Notes: generated from the letters alone by a model not told the origin. A stretch of DNA of 64,000 nt from Ruminococcus sp. (GCA_017481885.1 JAFUOM010000084.1:7959-71958); one strand, 5' to 3'. Shown: positions 50,190 through 60,081, counted from the stretch's first letter. Made by a program: numbers and translations.

Positions 50190-50585
50190 ATGAACGCGTT
50201 TGATAACAGCGATTTTGAAAAACATAAAGCAGAGGCTAAAGAAAAATGGGGAAAAACGGAAGCGTACAAGGAGTATGAAGAAAAGACAAAAAGCTACTCT
50301 AATCAGAAATGGAGCGATCTTGTCGAAGGGTTAGACCACATTATGGCAGAGTTTGCACTTTGCCTGAAAAATGACGAAACACCGGATTGTGTTACAGCTC
50401 AGGAACTTGTGAAAACACTGCAGGACTACATTACCGAAAACTACTATCTCTGCACAAACGAGATTTTAGCAGGACTCGGTCAGATGTATGTTGCAGATGA
50501 ACGCTTCACCAAAAATATAGATAAACACGCTGATGGAACAGCGGAATTTATCTGTCAGGCAATTAAAGTCTATTGCAATAAGTAA
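50190..50585 (+). CDS. Stand-alone TipAS antibiotic-recognition domain protein
   Basis: EAKEKWG.T.AY, GLGQMYV.DERF..NID...G.AEF; no MerR HTH. Confidence 0.85.
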   Translation: MNAFDNSDFEKHKAEAKEKWGKTEAYKEYEEKTKSYSNQKWSDLVEGLDHIMAEFALCLKNDETPDCVTAQELVKTLQDYITENYYLCTNEILAGLGQMYVADERFTKNIDKHADGTAEFICQAIKVYCNK

Positions 50586-50589
50586 ATTC

Positions 50590-50652
50590 AAAAAAGCGTT
50601 GCGGATGAGGGTAACGTAAGTGTATATCCTCAAACTGCAACGCTTGTTTTTT
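50590..50652. repeat. AAGCGTTGC hairpin repeat, copy B
   Basis: aaaaaagcgttgcgg...caaactgcaacgcttgtttttt. Confidence 0.85.
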
Positions 50653-50656
50653 ATAT

Positions 50657-51409
50657 TCAACTTAAGATAGTATCCGTTAAAAGCATTAAACAAAAGCCAA
50701 TTAGCAAGGCATACGTAGAAGCTCTCTCGTTGCCATGAGCATGAGTTTCGGGTATCATTTCATCGCTGATAATATAGAGCATTGATCCTCCGGCAAAACT
50801 CAGAGCAAACGGAAGTATTGCAGTGGAAATGCTAACCGCAAAGTATCCGATTAGTGTCCCGATAACTTCTACAAAACCCGTAATAGATGCAAGTATGAAG
50901 GTTCTTGATGGTTTGATTTTTGCTGATAGCATAGGACCGATGATAACCATACCTTCAGGGATGTTTTGTAGAGCAATACCTCCTGCAATTATAAGTGCCT
51001 GAGATAAGTCTTCAGAACCAAATCCCACACCTGCTGCGATACCTTCAGGAAGATTGTGAATAGCAATAGCAATAACAAACAACAATACTTTGTTGGTGTT
51101 TGAATTTGGTCTATATTCTGTACTTATTCCTGTGAGCCTGTGCAGATGAGGAACCAGTTTGTCTATCAGATTAAGACATATCGCTCCAACAAAAATACCT
51201 GTTATAGTTATAAGAATTCCGTATTTACCACCATACTCAAGTGAGGGTAATATCAGCCCCAAAATTGAAGCTGAAAGCATAACTCCCGCAGCAAAAGACA
51301 GAACAATATCAGAAAACTTATGTGATATGTTTTTGAAACAGAACCCCAGCAAAGAACCAAACACCGTAGCGGTACCGACACCGATTGCGGCAAGAAATAC
51401 AACTCTCAT
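50657..51409 (-). CDS. ZIP family (ZupT/GufA-like) metal transporter
   Basis: FAAGVML, HNLPEG, QNIPEG, DEMIPE. Confidence 0.92.
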   Translation of the reverse strand: MRVVFLAAIGVGTATVFGSLLGFCFKNISHKFSDIVLSFAAGVMLSASILGLILPSLEYGGKYGILITITGIFVGAICLNLIDKLVPHLHRLTGISTEYRPNSNTNKVLLFVIAIAIHNLPEGIAAGVGFGSEDLSQALIIAGGIALQNIPEGMVIIGPMLSAKIKPSRTFILASITGFVEVIGTLIGYFAVSISTAILPFALSFAGGSMLYIISDEMIPETHAHGNERASTYALLIGFCLMLLTDTILS

Positions 51410-51477
51410 ATACTCCTCCTCTTGAGTAGTTTACTACAAATCGCATTTAAAATACCTGTGTACTATAAGCAGTTTAC

Positions 51478-51687
51478 AGCCGATATGAAAATTTACAGCA
51501 AAAGCGAGAACGCAGACTATATCAGGCAGATAATCTTAGTGCTTTTATGTTTGCCCTGAAAGAACTCGACATCCTCAACCTCAAATTCACCCCAACCCTC
51601 TGGCACACAACAGTAGATAAAGTCACAGTAAATGCAGACGGAAGTGTGGTGTTCAGCTTCAAGAACGGTAGTGAGGTAGAGGTGTGA
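51478..51687 (+). pseudogene. 3' remnant of a large serine recombinase gene
   Basis: Frame SRYENLQQKRERRLYQADNLSAFMFALKELD...LWHTTVDKVTVNADGSVVFSFKNGSEVEV* resembles the coiled-coil/C-terminal end of clostridial serine integrases; no 5' part. Confidence 0.72.
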
Positions 51688-51705
51688 GTAAATAAATTAC
51701 AAACA

Positions 51706-52755
51706 TTATTTTAATTGCGTTGTATTATCTCGAAACAAAAAATCTATACCGAATTCTTTTTTACTAAACCAATGCACTTCGATTTCAAGAACTTGTTTCG
51801 GTTCTGTTACTCTCCTGATTTTTGGCATCAACAACTCTATCGGGATTAATCCATTTGCCATGAATATTATTACATATTCGCTTATAGTGGCACGAAGCGA
51901 ATGCCTAACACCTGTTTTTCCTCTCTTTGCTTCAGCTTTAGTCTTTTTCAACATCTTCCAAAACGCAACGATTTCATCTCTTTGAAAATGAGCAAAGAAA
52001 AGTAGGATTTTATACCCTCCATTTTCTGTTGAACTATTCACAGTACGTTCTGGTAAAAGATGCAAAAAATTCCGAAAGTATTGAATGGATAACTTCTGTT
52101 TCGCAGATTTCTTCATTCCATATTTTCCTGCTAAGAACTGATGCACTAACGATTCGTTTTTTTGAGGCTTGGTCAGAACCATCTCATTATCGATTCCATC
52201 TGAAATCATAATATCGATATCGCCATACTTTTCATATATAGACTTTCTATATTCTAGATATTCGACTATTTCAATAGGGGTAACTAGAATGCGACACATT
52301 TCACAGTAATCAGTAAAAGACATACAATTTATGTTCATACCTGAAGCAGAATGTTTCCTCAGCAAATGTGGATAATCATCAATTTGGTTATTTTCAAAAA
52401 CTACTAGAGGGATTACCTCTGCATCTGGTTGCAGCGAAATGTTCTGTCCACGCTTATTAGTAAAGGTTGGAAGTGTTCCAGACGAAATAAATTGTAATGT
52501 TTCCTTTATTTGTCCCTTTGCATTCTTACATTTCTTTTGAAGCCATTTGTTCTCGGTAAAATAGTCGTCAGTTTGATCTTTGCCGTTACGAGATTTAAGT
52601 TGGATTGCAATTATGACATCATCAAGATTGATAAGAAGATCAGCGACTTCCACTTCTGTGGATCCCTCTGGAGTGAATTTCAATTCATCAATTACAAGCT
52701 CTTTAAAAAAATAATCCTCCGAAAAAGCACTTAACAGTTGTTCTGATTTATTCAT
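51706..52755 (-). CDS. Hypothetical protein, possible PD-(D/E)xK/NERD-like nuclease
   Basis: EVADLLI...IAIQLKSR motif; AT-rich, atypical codons; own extended -10 promoter. Confidence 0.55.
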   Translation of the reverse strand: MNKSEQLLSAFSEDYFFKELVIDELKFTPEGSTEVEVADLLINLDDVIIAIQLKSRNGKDQTDDYFTENKWLQKKCKNAKGQIKETLQFISSGTLPTFTNKRGQNISLQPDAEVIPLVVFENNQIDDYPHLLRKHSASGMNINCMSFTDYCEMCRILVTPIEIVEYLEYRKSIYEKYGDIDIMISDGIDNEMVLTKPQKNESLVHQFLAGKYGMKKSAKQKLSIQYFRNFLHLLPERTVNSSTENGGYKILLFFAHFQRDEIVAFWKMLKKTKAEAKRGKTGVRHSLRATISEYVIIFMANGLIPIELLMPKIRRVTEPKQVLEIEVHWFSKKEFGIDFLFRDNTTQLK

Positions 52756-52907
52756 AATTCATCATCCCCATTCTACGTATATAAAATAATTATATCACAC
52801 TATAATGAGCTTCGCAATAAACTGCAGTTTAACGATAACCCCATAGTTTAACGATAGGGTTATTGATTTCACCGGCAAAAACTTAAAACTACATATTTTT
52901 ACACAAC

Positions 52908-52970
52908 AAAAAAGCGTTGCACATCAGGGGAGATACAAAAATACTCCTTCAAACTGCAACGCTTGTTTTT
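52908..52970. repeat. AAGCGTTGC hairpin repeat, copy C
   Basis: aaaaaagcgttgcaca...caaactgcaacgcttgttttt. Confidence 0.85.
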
Positions 52971-52979
52971 ATTATCTGC

Positions 52980-53795
52980 TTATTTACTTTGCTTTTTGCT
53001 AAGCTCATAGAATGCTACTGCTGATGCAGCGGCAACGTTTAAAGAATCAACGCCGTGAAACATAGGAATCTTTACGGTGTAATCGCAATTGTCTATGGTT
53101 TTATCCGCAAGTCCGTCGCCCTCTGTTCCCATAACGATAGCGAGCTTTTCCTCTTTTGCAAGCCTTGAATCTCCAATAGAAAGAGAGTTATCCTTAAGCG
53201 CCATGGCAACGGTCTTAAATCCCAGAGCCTTGATTTCGTCCAGACTGTCATTTTCTAAAAACGTCCAGTCAATCTGAAAAACAGTGCCCATACTGACTCT
53301 TGCGGCACGTCTGTAAAGCGGGTCAGAACACCCGGGCGTAAGAAGCACCGCGTTCATTCCAAGAGCAGCGGCTGAGCGGATTATCGCACCCACGTTTGTT
53401 GGATTCATAACCTTGTCCAGAATAACGATTCTGCTTTTGTCTTTGCAGATTTCGCTTACACTTTGCAGTGGCTTTCGTTTCATAGCGCACAGCATACCTC
53501 GGGTGAGCTTAAAACCTGTGAGCTGAGTCAGAATGTCAAACTTTGCACAAAAAATCGGAACGTCTTTCATCCGCTCGAGAATATGTTGGTTTTCACCGTC
53601 AATACGCCCTTTTTCCATAAGACAGGAAACAGGTTCGTAGCCAGCGTTGAGAGCACGCTCGATAACTTTCGGACTTTCTGCTATAAACAAACCTTTTTCG
53701 GGAAATTCTTTGTTAAGTAACTGAGCTTCGGTCAGCCTTGCATATACATCAAGCTCAGGGGCATTGAAATCTGTTATTTCGATAATATTATTCAT
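52980..53795 (-). CDS. TrmH/SpoU family RNA methyltransferase
   Basis: NPTNVGAIIRSA, R.SMG, GTEGDGL, IPM...VDSLNVA; GGAG RBS before MNNIIE. Confidence 0.92.
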   Translation of the reverse strand: MNNIIEITDFNAPELDVYARLTEAQLLNKEFPEKGLFIAESPKVIERALNAGYEPVSCLMEKGRIDGENQHILERMKDVPIFCAKFDILTQLTGFKLTRGMLCAMKRKPLQSVSEICKDKSRIVILDKVMNPTNVGAIIRSAAALGMNAVLLTPGCSDPLYRRAARVSMGTVFQIDWTFLENDSLDEIKALGFKTVAMALKDNSLSIGDSRLAKEEKLAIVMGTEGDGLADKTIDNCDYTVKIPMFHGVDSLNVAAASAVAFYELSKKQSK

Positions 53796-53897
53796 ACTGT
53801 TCTCCATAGTATTGATGTGTCTATTGTAGCCTTAATGACACCAAAGTGTCAATGTTTTTTGCCCCAAAGCTCAAAAGCCGATATGAAATTTTACAGC

Positions 53898-53959
53898 AAA
53901 AAAGCGTTGCAAATGTGGGGACGATACTTTTATCTCCATCAAACTGCAACGCTTGTTTT
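53898..53959. repeat. AAGCGTTGC hairpin repeat, copy D
   Basis: aaaaaagcgttgcaaa...caaactgcaacgcttgtttt. Confidence 0.85.
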
Positions 53960-54041
53960 CGTTGGTATTATTCAACATAGCTATATTGTTGCCTTTGTTA
54001 TGTAATGCTGATATAAAAAAATGCATGTAAACTCGGATTGT

Positions 54042-55208
54042 TTATACATTTTCGCTTTCAGCATCTGCTTTTTCAAACGGGAGATAAATCCTGTCGTTTG
54101 AAAAGACAATATGCAACTGGGTGTTGTGTATTTTATCAAACAAGCGGATTTTGTCAGCGAACACGTTGATACCGCAGTCATCGACAAAGTCAAACTGAGC
54201 TATCGCTTTATCTATGGACTTCTTGTTGTACTCCTCAACCTTGTCGCTACCAGTAACCAGCTTGTCATCGAGCTTGATCATATCCTCAAGCTCAGGGATT
54301 TTTGAAAGCTGTCTGCCGACAAATTTACCCATACGGGCGACACTCTTGAGCGCTCGGGATTTGATTGAATTTGATGCATAGTTTTCGGCTTCGTGCACAC
54401 ATCGCTTGTAGAACAGCTCATAATCCTGTGCGTATCTCTCAATCTTGTATACAACACTGTTAAGATATGAGCTCTCGAAATTTCCGATCAACAAAACATC
54501 GAGAAAAGACGCAAAAGCGTACAGATACACAGAAAGCTTGTAGTACTTGAACTCTGTGCGTATAAAACTTATGAGGTTTGCTGTATCCATATGCAAAGCA
54601 GGTTGGCTCTGGATTCGTTTTTCAATCATACTGCGATAAAAGAGGATATTGTGCTCGGCATTTCTCTTTATATCGATGATCTGCATTTCACGATTGTTGC
54701 TGTAGCCTTCGTTGTCCCAGTTGTGCTGATAGTCGCCGATAATGTCAGACAGAATAATAAGGTCACCCCTAAGTTGAGATTGCTTGTCCATCTCAAGAAA
54801 GCCGAGAATCTCCCGCTGGGTTTTAGATATATCTTTCATGATTTTGTTATTCGCAAGTATAGTCAGCGCCATAAACATAGAACCCGAAGAAGCACTTCTG
54901 ACAGTTTTAAGCACAGTTTTTCCCAGAACAGCATTGTCCTTTACAATGCCTGCAACCGCAGCACCGTGATTTTTCGCAAATTCACCCGCAACCGGCATTA
55001 CCGCCTCATACAAACCCTCAGTAGCGTCACTTCCGCTTACTACCGAACACACCGCCGAAGACAATGCCTTAAAGGCAACCCCGAGTGCTACGAGATCGTT
55101 GAGCGAAAAGGATACACAGTCCTTAAGCTTCGCTTCATCAAAATCATAGACTTTAAGTTCCTGGGCCTGAGTGACCTCAAGAAATCTTTCCATAGCTACC
55201 TTGTCCAT
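54042..55208 (-). CDS. Hypothetical, predominantly helical protein
   Basis: Long ORF with GGAG RBS before MDKVAM; no recognised catalytic motif. Confidence 0.7.
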   Translation of the reverse strand: MDKVAMERFLEVTQAQELKVYDFDEAKLKDCVSFSLNDLVALGVAFKALSSAVCSVVSGSDATEGLYEAVMPVAGEFAKNHGAAVAGIVKDNAVLGKTVLKTVRSASSGSMFMALTILANNKIMKDISKTQREILGFLEMDKQSQLRGDLIILSDIIGDYQHNWDNEGYSNNREMQIIDIKRNAEHNILFYRSMIEKRIQSQPALHMDTANLISFIRTEFKYYKLSVYLYAFASFLDVLLIGNFESSYLNSVVYKIERYAQDYELFYKRCVHEAENYASNSIKSRALKSVARMGKFVGRQLSKIPELEDMIKLDDKLVTGSDKVEEYNKKSIDKAIAQFDFVDDCGINVFADKIRLFDKIHNTQLHIVFSNDRIYLPFEKADAESENV

Positions 55209-55447
55209 AACAAGTACTCCCATTTCAATATGATAGAATTTGTTTAACACAAACTAATTCTATCACACAATCAGTTGGTTTTCTATATTTTTTCACAAAA
55301 TATATTAAGTCGGTTTAATTTTTTCTGAGTTTTGAGTATAATCTGACTTCAGATACGGCTATCGTGTAATTGTGCCGAAACATGTCAACATTAAAATAAA
55401 AAGTGGGGAATGTGTTGCTCCGGTGGGGGAGTGTGGTTCAGGTGAAC

Positions 55448-55494
55448 CAACGCTTGTTTTTTATTCTCTGCTTATTCACTTGAGTTCTTGCTAA
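55448..55494. repeat. Partial AAGCGTTGC repeat, copy E (right arm plus flank)
   Basis: About 85% identical to 52957-53002. Confidence 0.7.
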
Positions 55495-55685
55495 AATTTA
55501 GCGATAAAACGACGAAACCGCTGTCGACACGATTGTATCAACAGCGGTATCTGATTTGGTACGAGTGTTAATAACGGATTTATTTTAATATAGGTTTTAT
55601 CGGCAGTTACACGCATTTCTCGCTCGCACATAAGGGACTCTTTCAAATTCTTCGTAGAATATTAGTGTAATCGGAGGAATTACAG

Positions 55686-55994
55686 ATGAAAAACATTATA
55701 GAAGAGTTATTCTACGGAAACATCGACCCACAGGCTCGTACAGTCAAGAAAGGCAGTTGCATACAAAAGCAGATAGCTATCCTTGCAAACAGCGAAAGCT
55801 TATTGAACGAGAAACTTACAGGTGAAGAAAAGAAAGCTTTTGCTTCTTTTGTTGATGCTTCAAGTGTAATTCTCGGAAAGTCTGAACTGGACAGCTTTAT
55901 GGTTGGGTTCAGACTTGGTGCAAGGTTTGTTTATGATACATTTGTAGATACCAAAACTCTTTATAACAACTTGTTGGAGGAGGAAAGCGAATGA
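55686..55994 (+). CDS. Small mobile-element-associated protein (DUF6809-like)
   Basis: I.EELFYGNI.P...F..GFRLGA pattern. Confidence 0.7.
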   Translation: MKNIIEELFYGNIDPQARTVKKGSCIQKQIAILANSESLLNEKLTGEEKKAFASFVDASSVILGKSELDSFMVGFRLGARFVYDTFVDTKTLYNNLLEEESE

Positions 55995-56167
55995 GAAAAA
56001 AGTATCACATCTACCTCACTTATGAGGAAAGACGAATGTTATTGAATAATCTGAATGATTTCAGGAACAAGCTGATTGCCGAGGGTAAATATACAGACTT
56101 GTTAGATGAAGTAATAATCAAAGTAGCAAATGCAAAACTCAAACGAGTTAAAGTTAAGGAGGGCTAA
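55991..56167 (+). CDS. Small hypothetical mobile-element protein (58 aa)
   Basis: Not in ORF track; MRKKYHIYLTYEERRMLLNNLNDFRNKLIAEGKYTDLLDEVIIKV...; ATGA overlap upstream, RBS of tnpV inside. Confidence 0.7.
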   Translation: MRKKYHIYLTYEERRMLLNNLNDFRNKLIAEGKYTDLLDEVIIKVANAKLKRVKVKEG

Positions 56168-56170
56168 ATA

Positions 56171-56521
56171 ATGGAAATTACATATACAATGCAGGGCGAT
56201 TATCTTCTCCCTAATCTTACATTACCTGAGCAGGAAAACAGAGAAATCGGAATATGGGGACAGCGACATAAAACGTATTTGCTGAACCACCATAAAGTCA
56301 GATATTATAACTTACTCACAAGCTGTAAGCTCATAGATTACCTCGCAGATATTAACGTACAAGCTGAAAATATGTATCAAACATTAGTCAAACAACTTGC
56401 CGAACAAGAAGAAGTAACCGAACAGCTTAAAGCAGAAAATCTTATGCTTTGGGTTCAGAAAATGAATAATATCCAAAACAGAGCAAGAGAAATAGTGAAT
56501 AAAAATATTATCTATCAGTAA
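56171..56521 (+). CDS. tnpV: TnpV family protein (Tn4451-type mobilizable elements)
   Basis: Y...GDYLLPNL.L....IG.WG.RH..YL...GxTEQLKA-like ...WV..MNNI..RA.EIV. Confidence 0.85.
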   Translation: MEITYTMQGDYLLPNLTLPEQENREIGIWGQRHKTYLLNHHKVRYYNLLTSCKLIDYLADINVQAENMYQTLVKQLAEQEEVTEQLKAENLMLWVQKMNNIQNRAREIVNKNIIYQ

Positions 56522-56616
56522 GACAAATACTTATATAGTGAAAATCTATAATAGAAAGCTATAAAATATAAATAGACAGCAAATTTTCAAGTTATATTGA
56601 AGATTTGCTGTTTTGT

Positions 56617-56675
56617 TTTACTTCGATTTTACATCGTTTGGGTTACGGATTTTACAGCCTGAAATTACACTATAA
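56617..56675 (+). promoter_or_regulatory. Putative Pho-box promoter of pstS
   Basis: TTTAC(A) at 56617, 56628 and 56650 (11-bp phasing), -10 TATAAC at 56670, no clear -35. Confidence 0.65.
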
Positions 56676-56718
56676 CTGTGGACAAAAGAAATAACCACAG
56701 AAAGGATATTAAAGATTT

Positions 56719-57516
56719 ATGAAAAGAATTCTCAGTTTAGTGCTGGCAGTGATTTTAATGTGTACAGTATTCGTAGGCTGCGGCAACACAAGTGAAACAG
56801 TAACAACAGACGGCTCAACTTCTATGGAGAAGGTAATCGGAGCATTAGGTGAGGCATTTGAAACAGAGAAAGGCATCACAGTAACCTATAATCCTACAGG
56901 TTCAAGCTCAGGTATCAAGGCGGTTAAAGAAGGAACTTGCGATATTGGTCTGTCTTCAAGAAACCTTAAGGATGAGGAAATCGCAGAAGGTCTTAAAGGT
57001 ACAGTGTTAGCTTACGACGGTATCGCAATTATCGTTAACAACGCAAATTCAGTCAGCGATATGGATTTAGAAACTATCGCAAAAATTTTTAAGGGTGAAA
57101 TCACAAACTGGAAGGAACTTGGCGGCAAGGATGCTGAAATTGTTTTAATCGGTCGTGAGGCAGGTTCAGGTACTCGTGATGGTTTTGAAAGTGTTACAGA
57201 TACAGAAGACACTTGTAAATATCGTCAGGAGCTTACCTCTACCGGTGATGTTATCACAACAGTTTCATCAAATGAAGATGCAATCGGTTATGCTTCAGTT
57301 GCATCTGTTGAAGAAACAGTAAAGACAGTAACAGTCGGTGGTGTAGCACCTACAGAGGAAACTATTAAGAACGGTACATATGTAGTACAAAGACCATTTG
57401 TACTTGTTACAAAAGAGGGCGAGGCACTTTCAGAAAGTGCGAGTACATTCTTTGACTACATCACAAGCGATGAGGCGGCGGAGATTATTGCATCAGCAGG
57501 TGTAGTTGCAGCTTAA
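56719..57516 (+). CDS. pstS: Phosphate ABC transporter substrate-binding lipoprotein
   Basis: Lipobox FVGC, GSTS, TGSSSG, SSR, REAGSGTR. Confidence 0.93.
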   Translation: MKRILSLVLAVILMCTVFVGCGNTSETVTTDGSTSMEKVIGALGEAFETEKGITVTYNPTGSSSGIKAVKEGTCDIGLSSRNLKDEEIAEGLKGTVLAYDGIAIIVNNANSVSDMDLETIAKIFKGEITNWKELGGKDAEIVLIGREAGSGTRDGFESVTDTEDTCKYRQELTSTGDVITTVSSNEDAIGYASVASVEETVKTVTVGGVAPTEETIKNGTYVVQRPFVLVTKEGEALSESASTFFDYITSDEAAEIIASAGVVAA

Positions 57517-57588
57517 AAAAGGAAAAATAGCGAGCGACGGCTGAATTTTCAGTCGCCGCTTTTGCCCTGTTCGGGCGAGGTATGATTT

Positions 57589-58452
57589 ATGAAGAGAAAA
57601 AGACTTTTTGAAAATATTATCCACGGAGTATTTCTAATTTTAGGACTTATTACCGTAGGATTTGTTTTACTTATCACAATTTATCTGATTGTATCCGGTA
57701 TACCTGCCATTAAAGAAATAGGACTAATTGATTTTCTTTTTGGCACTCAATGGGCACCAACAAAATCAGAACCACAGTATGGAATTTTACCATTTATATT
57801 AACAAGCGTATATGGAACAGCAGGTGCAATTTTAATCGGTGTACCTATCGGCTTTATGACAGCTGTCTATCTTTCTAAGGTCGCAAACAAAAAGGTTAGA
57901 GCAGTTGTGGAAAATGCAGTTAATCTGCTTGCAGGTATTCCGTCAGTTGTATATGGTTTGGTAGGTATGCTGATTCTGGTTCCGAGTATTAAAAAGATTT
58001 TTGATGTGCCTGACGGAGCAAGCCTCTTTGCGGCAATTATAGTGCTTGCTGTTATGATTCTTCCATCAATTATTAAGGTATCCATAACATCCCTTGACGC
58101 AGTGCCTAAGGAGTATGAAGATGCATCTCTTGCACTTGGTGCTACACCTACTGAAACATATTTCAAGGTGTCTGTACCTGCCGCAAAAAGCGGTATTGCC
58201 GCCGCAGTAGTGCTTGGTGTAGGCAGAGCTATTGGGGAAGCTATGGCGGTTATGATGGTGTCGGGTAATGTGGCAAATATGCCTTCCCTTTTTGAAAGTG
58301 TGCGTTTTCTTACAACAGCCGTTTCAAGCGAAATGGCATATTCAAGCGGACTTCAGCAACAGGCACTTTTCTCTATAGCGTTGGTGCTATTCCTCTTTAT
58401 TATGCTAATAAATGTAACTCTCAACTTCTTCTTGAAGAAGGAAAGGAAGTGA
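57589..58452 (+). CDS. pstC: Phosphate ABC transporter permease
   Basis: LAGIPSVVYG, GRAIGEAMAV. Confidence 0.93.
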   Translation: MKRKRLFENIIHGVFLILGLITVGFVLLITIYLIVSGIPAIKEIGLIDFLFGTQWAPTKSEPQYGILPFILTSVYGTAGAILIGVPIGFMTAVYLSKVANKKVRAVVENAVNLLAGIPSVVYGLVGMLILVPSIKKIFDVPDGASLFAAIIVLAVMILPSIIKVSITSLDAVPKEYEDASLALGATPTETYFKVSVPAAKSGIAAAVVLGVGRAIGEAMAVMMVSGNVANMPSLFESVRFLTTAVSSEMAYSSGLQQQALFSIALVLFLFIMLINVTLNFFLKKERK

Positions 58453-58456
58453 TACT

Positions 58457-59329
58457 GTGAACACGAGTCTTAAAGGTGAAATGAAAAAGAGTCGCAAATA
58501 TTACATAACTTTTATGAAAGTCGGTATGCTTTTTTGTACTGCATTAGTAGCGTTATTGACATTGTTTATGATAGCGTATGTTCTGATAAAAGGTGTACCA
58601 AATATCAGCTGGGAGCTTTTATCAACAAAGCCAAGCTATATCTCGGACAGAATCGGTATCTTGCCTGACATTCTAAATACACTTTATATTGTAATTACAA
58701 CTCTTATAATCGTAATTCCCTTGGGTGTGGGTGCGGCGATTTACCTTACAGAATACGCCAAGAATAAGAAAATCGTAGCGGCTATAGAGTTTGCTTCGGA
58801 AACTCTTTCGGGTATTCCGTCAATTATTTACGGTCTTGTCGGTATGCTTTTCTTCTGTCAGTTTATGGGAATGAAAACCTCACTTATTGCAGGCTCATTA
58901 ACACTTGTTATTATGAATCTGCCAAATGTTATGAGAACTACTCAGGAAAGTCTTAAAACTGTTCCACAGAGCTATCGAGAAGGTGCATTTGGACTTGGTG
59001 CAGGCAAGTGGCGAATGATTCGTACAGTTGTACTGCCCGGTTGTGTAGATGGTGTTATTACAGGTTGTATTCTATCAATAGGTAGAATATTGGGCGAATC
59101 TGCGGCACTTTTGTTTACGGCAGGCTTTGCACACGCAATGGGCGGTGTACTTGATGCACTAACAAGTCCCGGAGCTACACTTACAGTAGCACTTTATGTG
59201 TATGCAAAAGAGCAGGGTGAATTTTCAGTAGCTTTTGCTATTGCGGCAATTCTGATGATTTTAACACTTATTATAAATTTCTCAGCTACTTTAGTTCAGA
59301 AACATTTTGAAAAAAGGAGAAAAGTATGA
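58457..59329 (+). CDS. pstA: Phosphate ABC transporter permease
   Basis: [27 protein letters not shown]; start may instead be ATG at 58481. Confidence 0.92.
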   Translation: MNTSLKGEMKKSRKYYITFMKVGMLFCTALVALLTLFMIAYVLIKGVPNISWELLSTKPSYISDRIGILPDILNTLYIVITTLIIVIPLGVGAAIYLTEYAKNKKIVAAIEFASETLSGIPSIIYGLVGMLFFCQFMGMKTSLIAGSLTLVIMNLPNVMRTTQESLKTVPQSYREGAFGLGAGKWRMIRTVVLPGCVDGVITGCILSIGRILGESAALLFTAGFAHAMGGVLDALTSPGATLTVALYVYAKEQGEFSVAFAIAAILMILTLIINFSATLVQKHFEKRRKV

Positions 59330-60081
59330 GCAGTATAATTAAAGCTAAAGATTTGTGCCTTTGGTATGGAACTTCTCAGGCACTCAAAAATATAAACATT
59401 GAAATTCCTGAGAAAAGTATCACCGCTTTCATAGGTCCCTCAGGTTGTGGTAAATCTACATTTTTGAAGACTTTAAATCGTATGAACGACCTTATCCCAA
59501 GTGTTAAAATTACGGGTGAGGTAACCTACGGCGGTACAGATATTTTCGATAAAAGCGTTGATGTGAATGAACTCAGACGTCAGGTGGGTATGGTTTTCCA
59601 GAAGCCTAATCCATTCCCTATGAGTATTTACGATAATGTTGCCTATGGTCCTCGTACTCACGGAATCAAAAATAAGGTTCAGCTTGATGAAATTGTCGAG
59701 CGTTCTTTAAAAGGTGCCGCTCTCTGGGATGAGGTTAAGGATAGACTTAAGAAGAATGCTTTAGGTCTTTCGGGTGGTCAGCAACAGCGTCTTTGTATCG
59801 CTCGTGCTCTTGCTGTTGAGCCTCAAGTGCTTTTGATGGATGAACCTACTTCGGCACTTGACCCGATTTCTACATCCAAAATAGAAGAACTTGCAATGGA
59901 GCTGAAGGAAAAGTATACTATAGTTATGGTTACTCACAATATGCAGCAGGCTGTGCGTGTTTCCGACTATACCGCATTCTTCCTTTTGGGTGAGCTTGTT
60001 GAGGTTGATAAAACCGACAAGCTGTTCTCAACTCCTAAAGACAAGCGAACAGAGGATTATATTACAGGAAGGTTTGGTTAA
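59326..60081 (+). CDS. pstB: Phosphate ABC transporter ATP-binding protein
   Basis: [33 protein letters not shown]. Confidence 0.96.
   Translation: MSSIIKAKDLCLWYGTSQALKNINIEIPEKSITAFIGPSGCGKSTFLKTLNRMNDLIPSVKITGEVTYGGTDIFDKSVDVNELRRQVGMVFQKPNPFPMSIYDNVAYGPRTHGIKNKVQLDEIVERSLKGAALWDEVKDRLKKNALGLSGGQQQRLCIARALAVEPQVLLMDEPTSALDPISTSKIEELAMELKEKYTIVMVTHNMQQAVRVSDYTAFFLLGELVEVDKTDKLFSTPKDKRTEDYITGRFG

Noticed and set aside
46299-55494. Hairpin repeats as a CRISPR array or classical integron
   Set aside because: Spacing is kb-scale with genes between copies; no cas genes, no IntI tyrosine recombinase, no RYYYAAC/GTTRRRY attC ends
55557-55567. tRNA gene
   Set aside because: Only a CCA-ending 11-mer, no cloverleaf or T-loop; kept only as a possible att remnant
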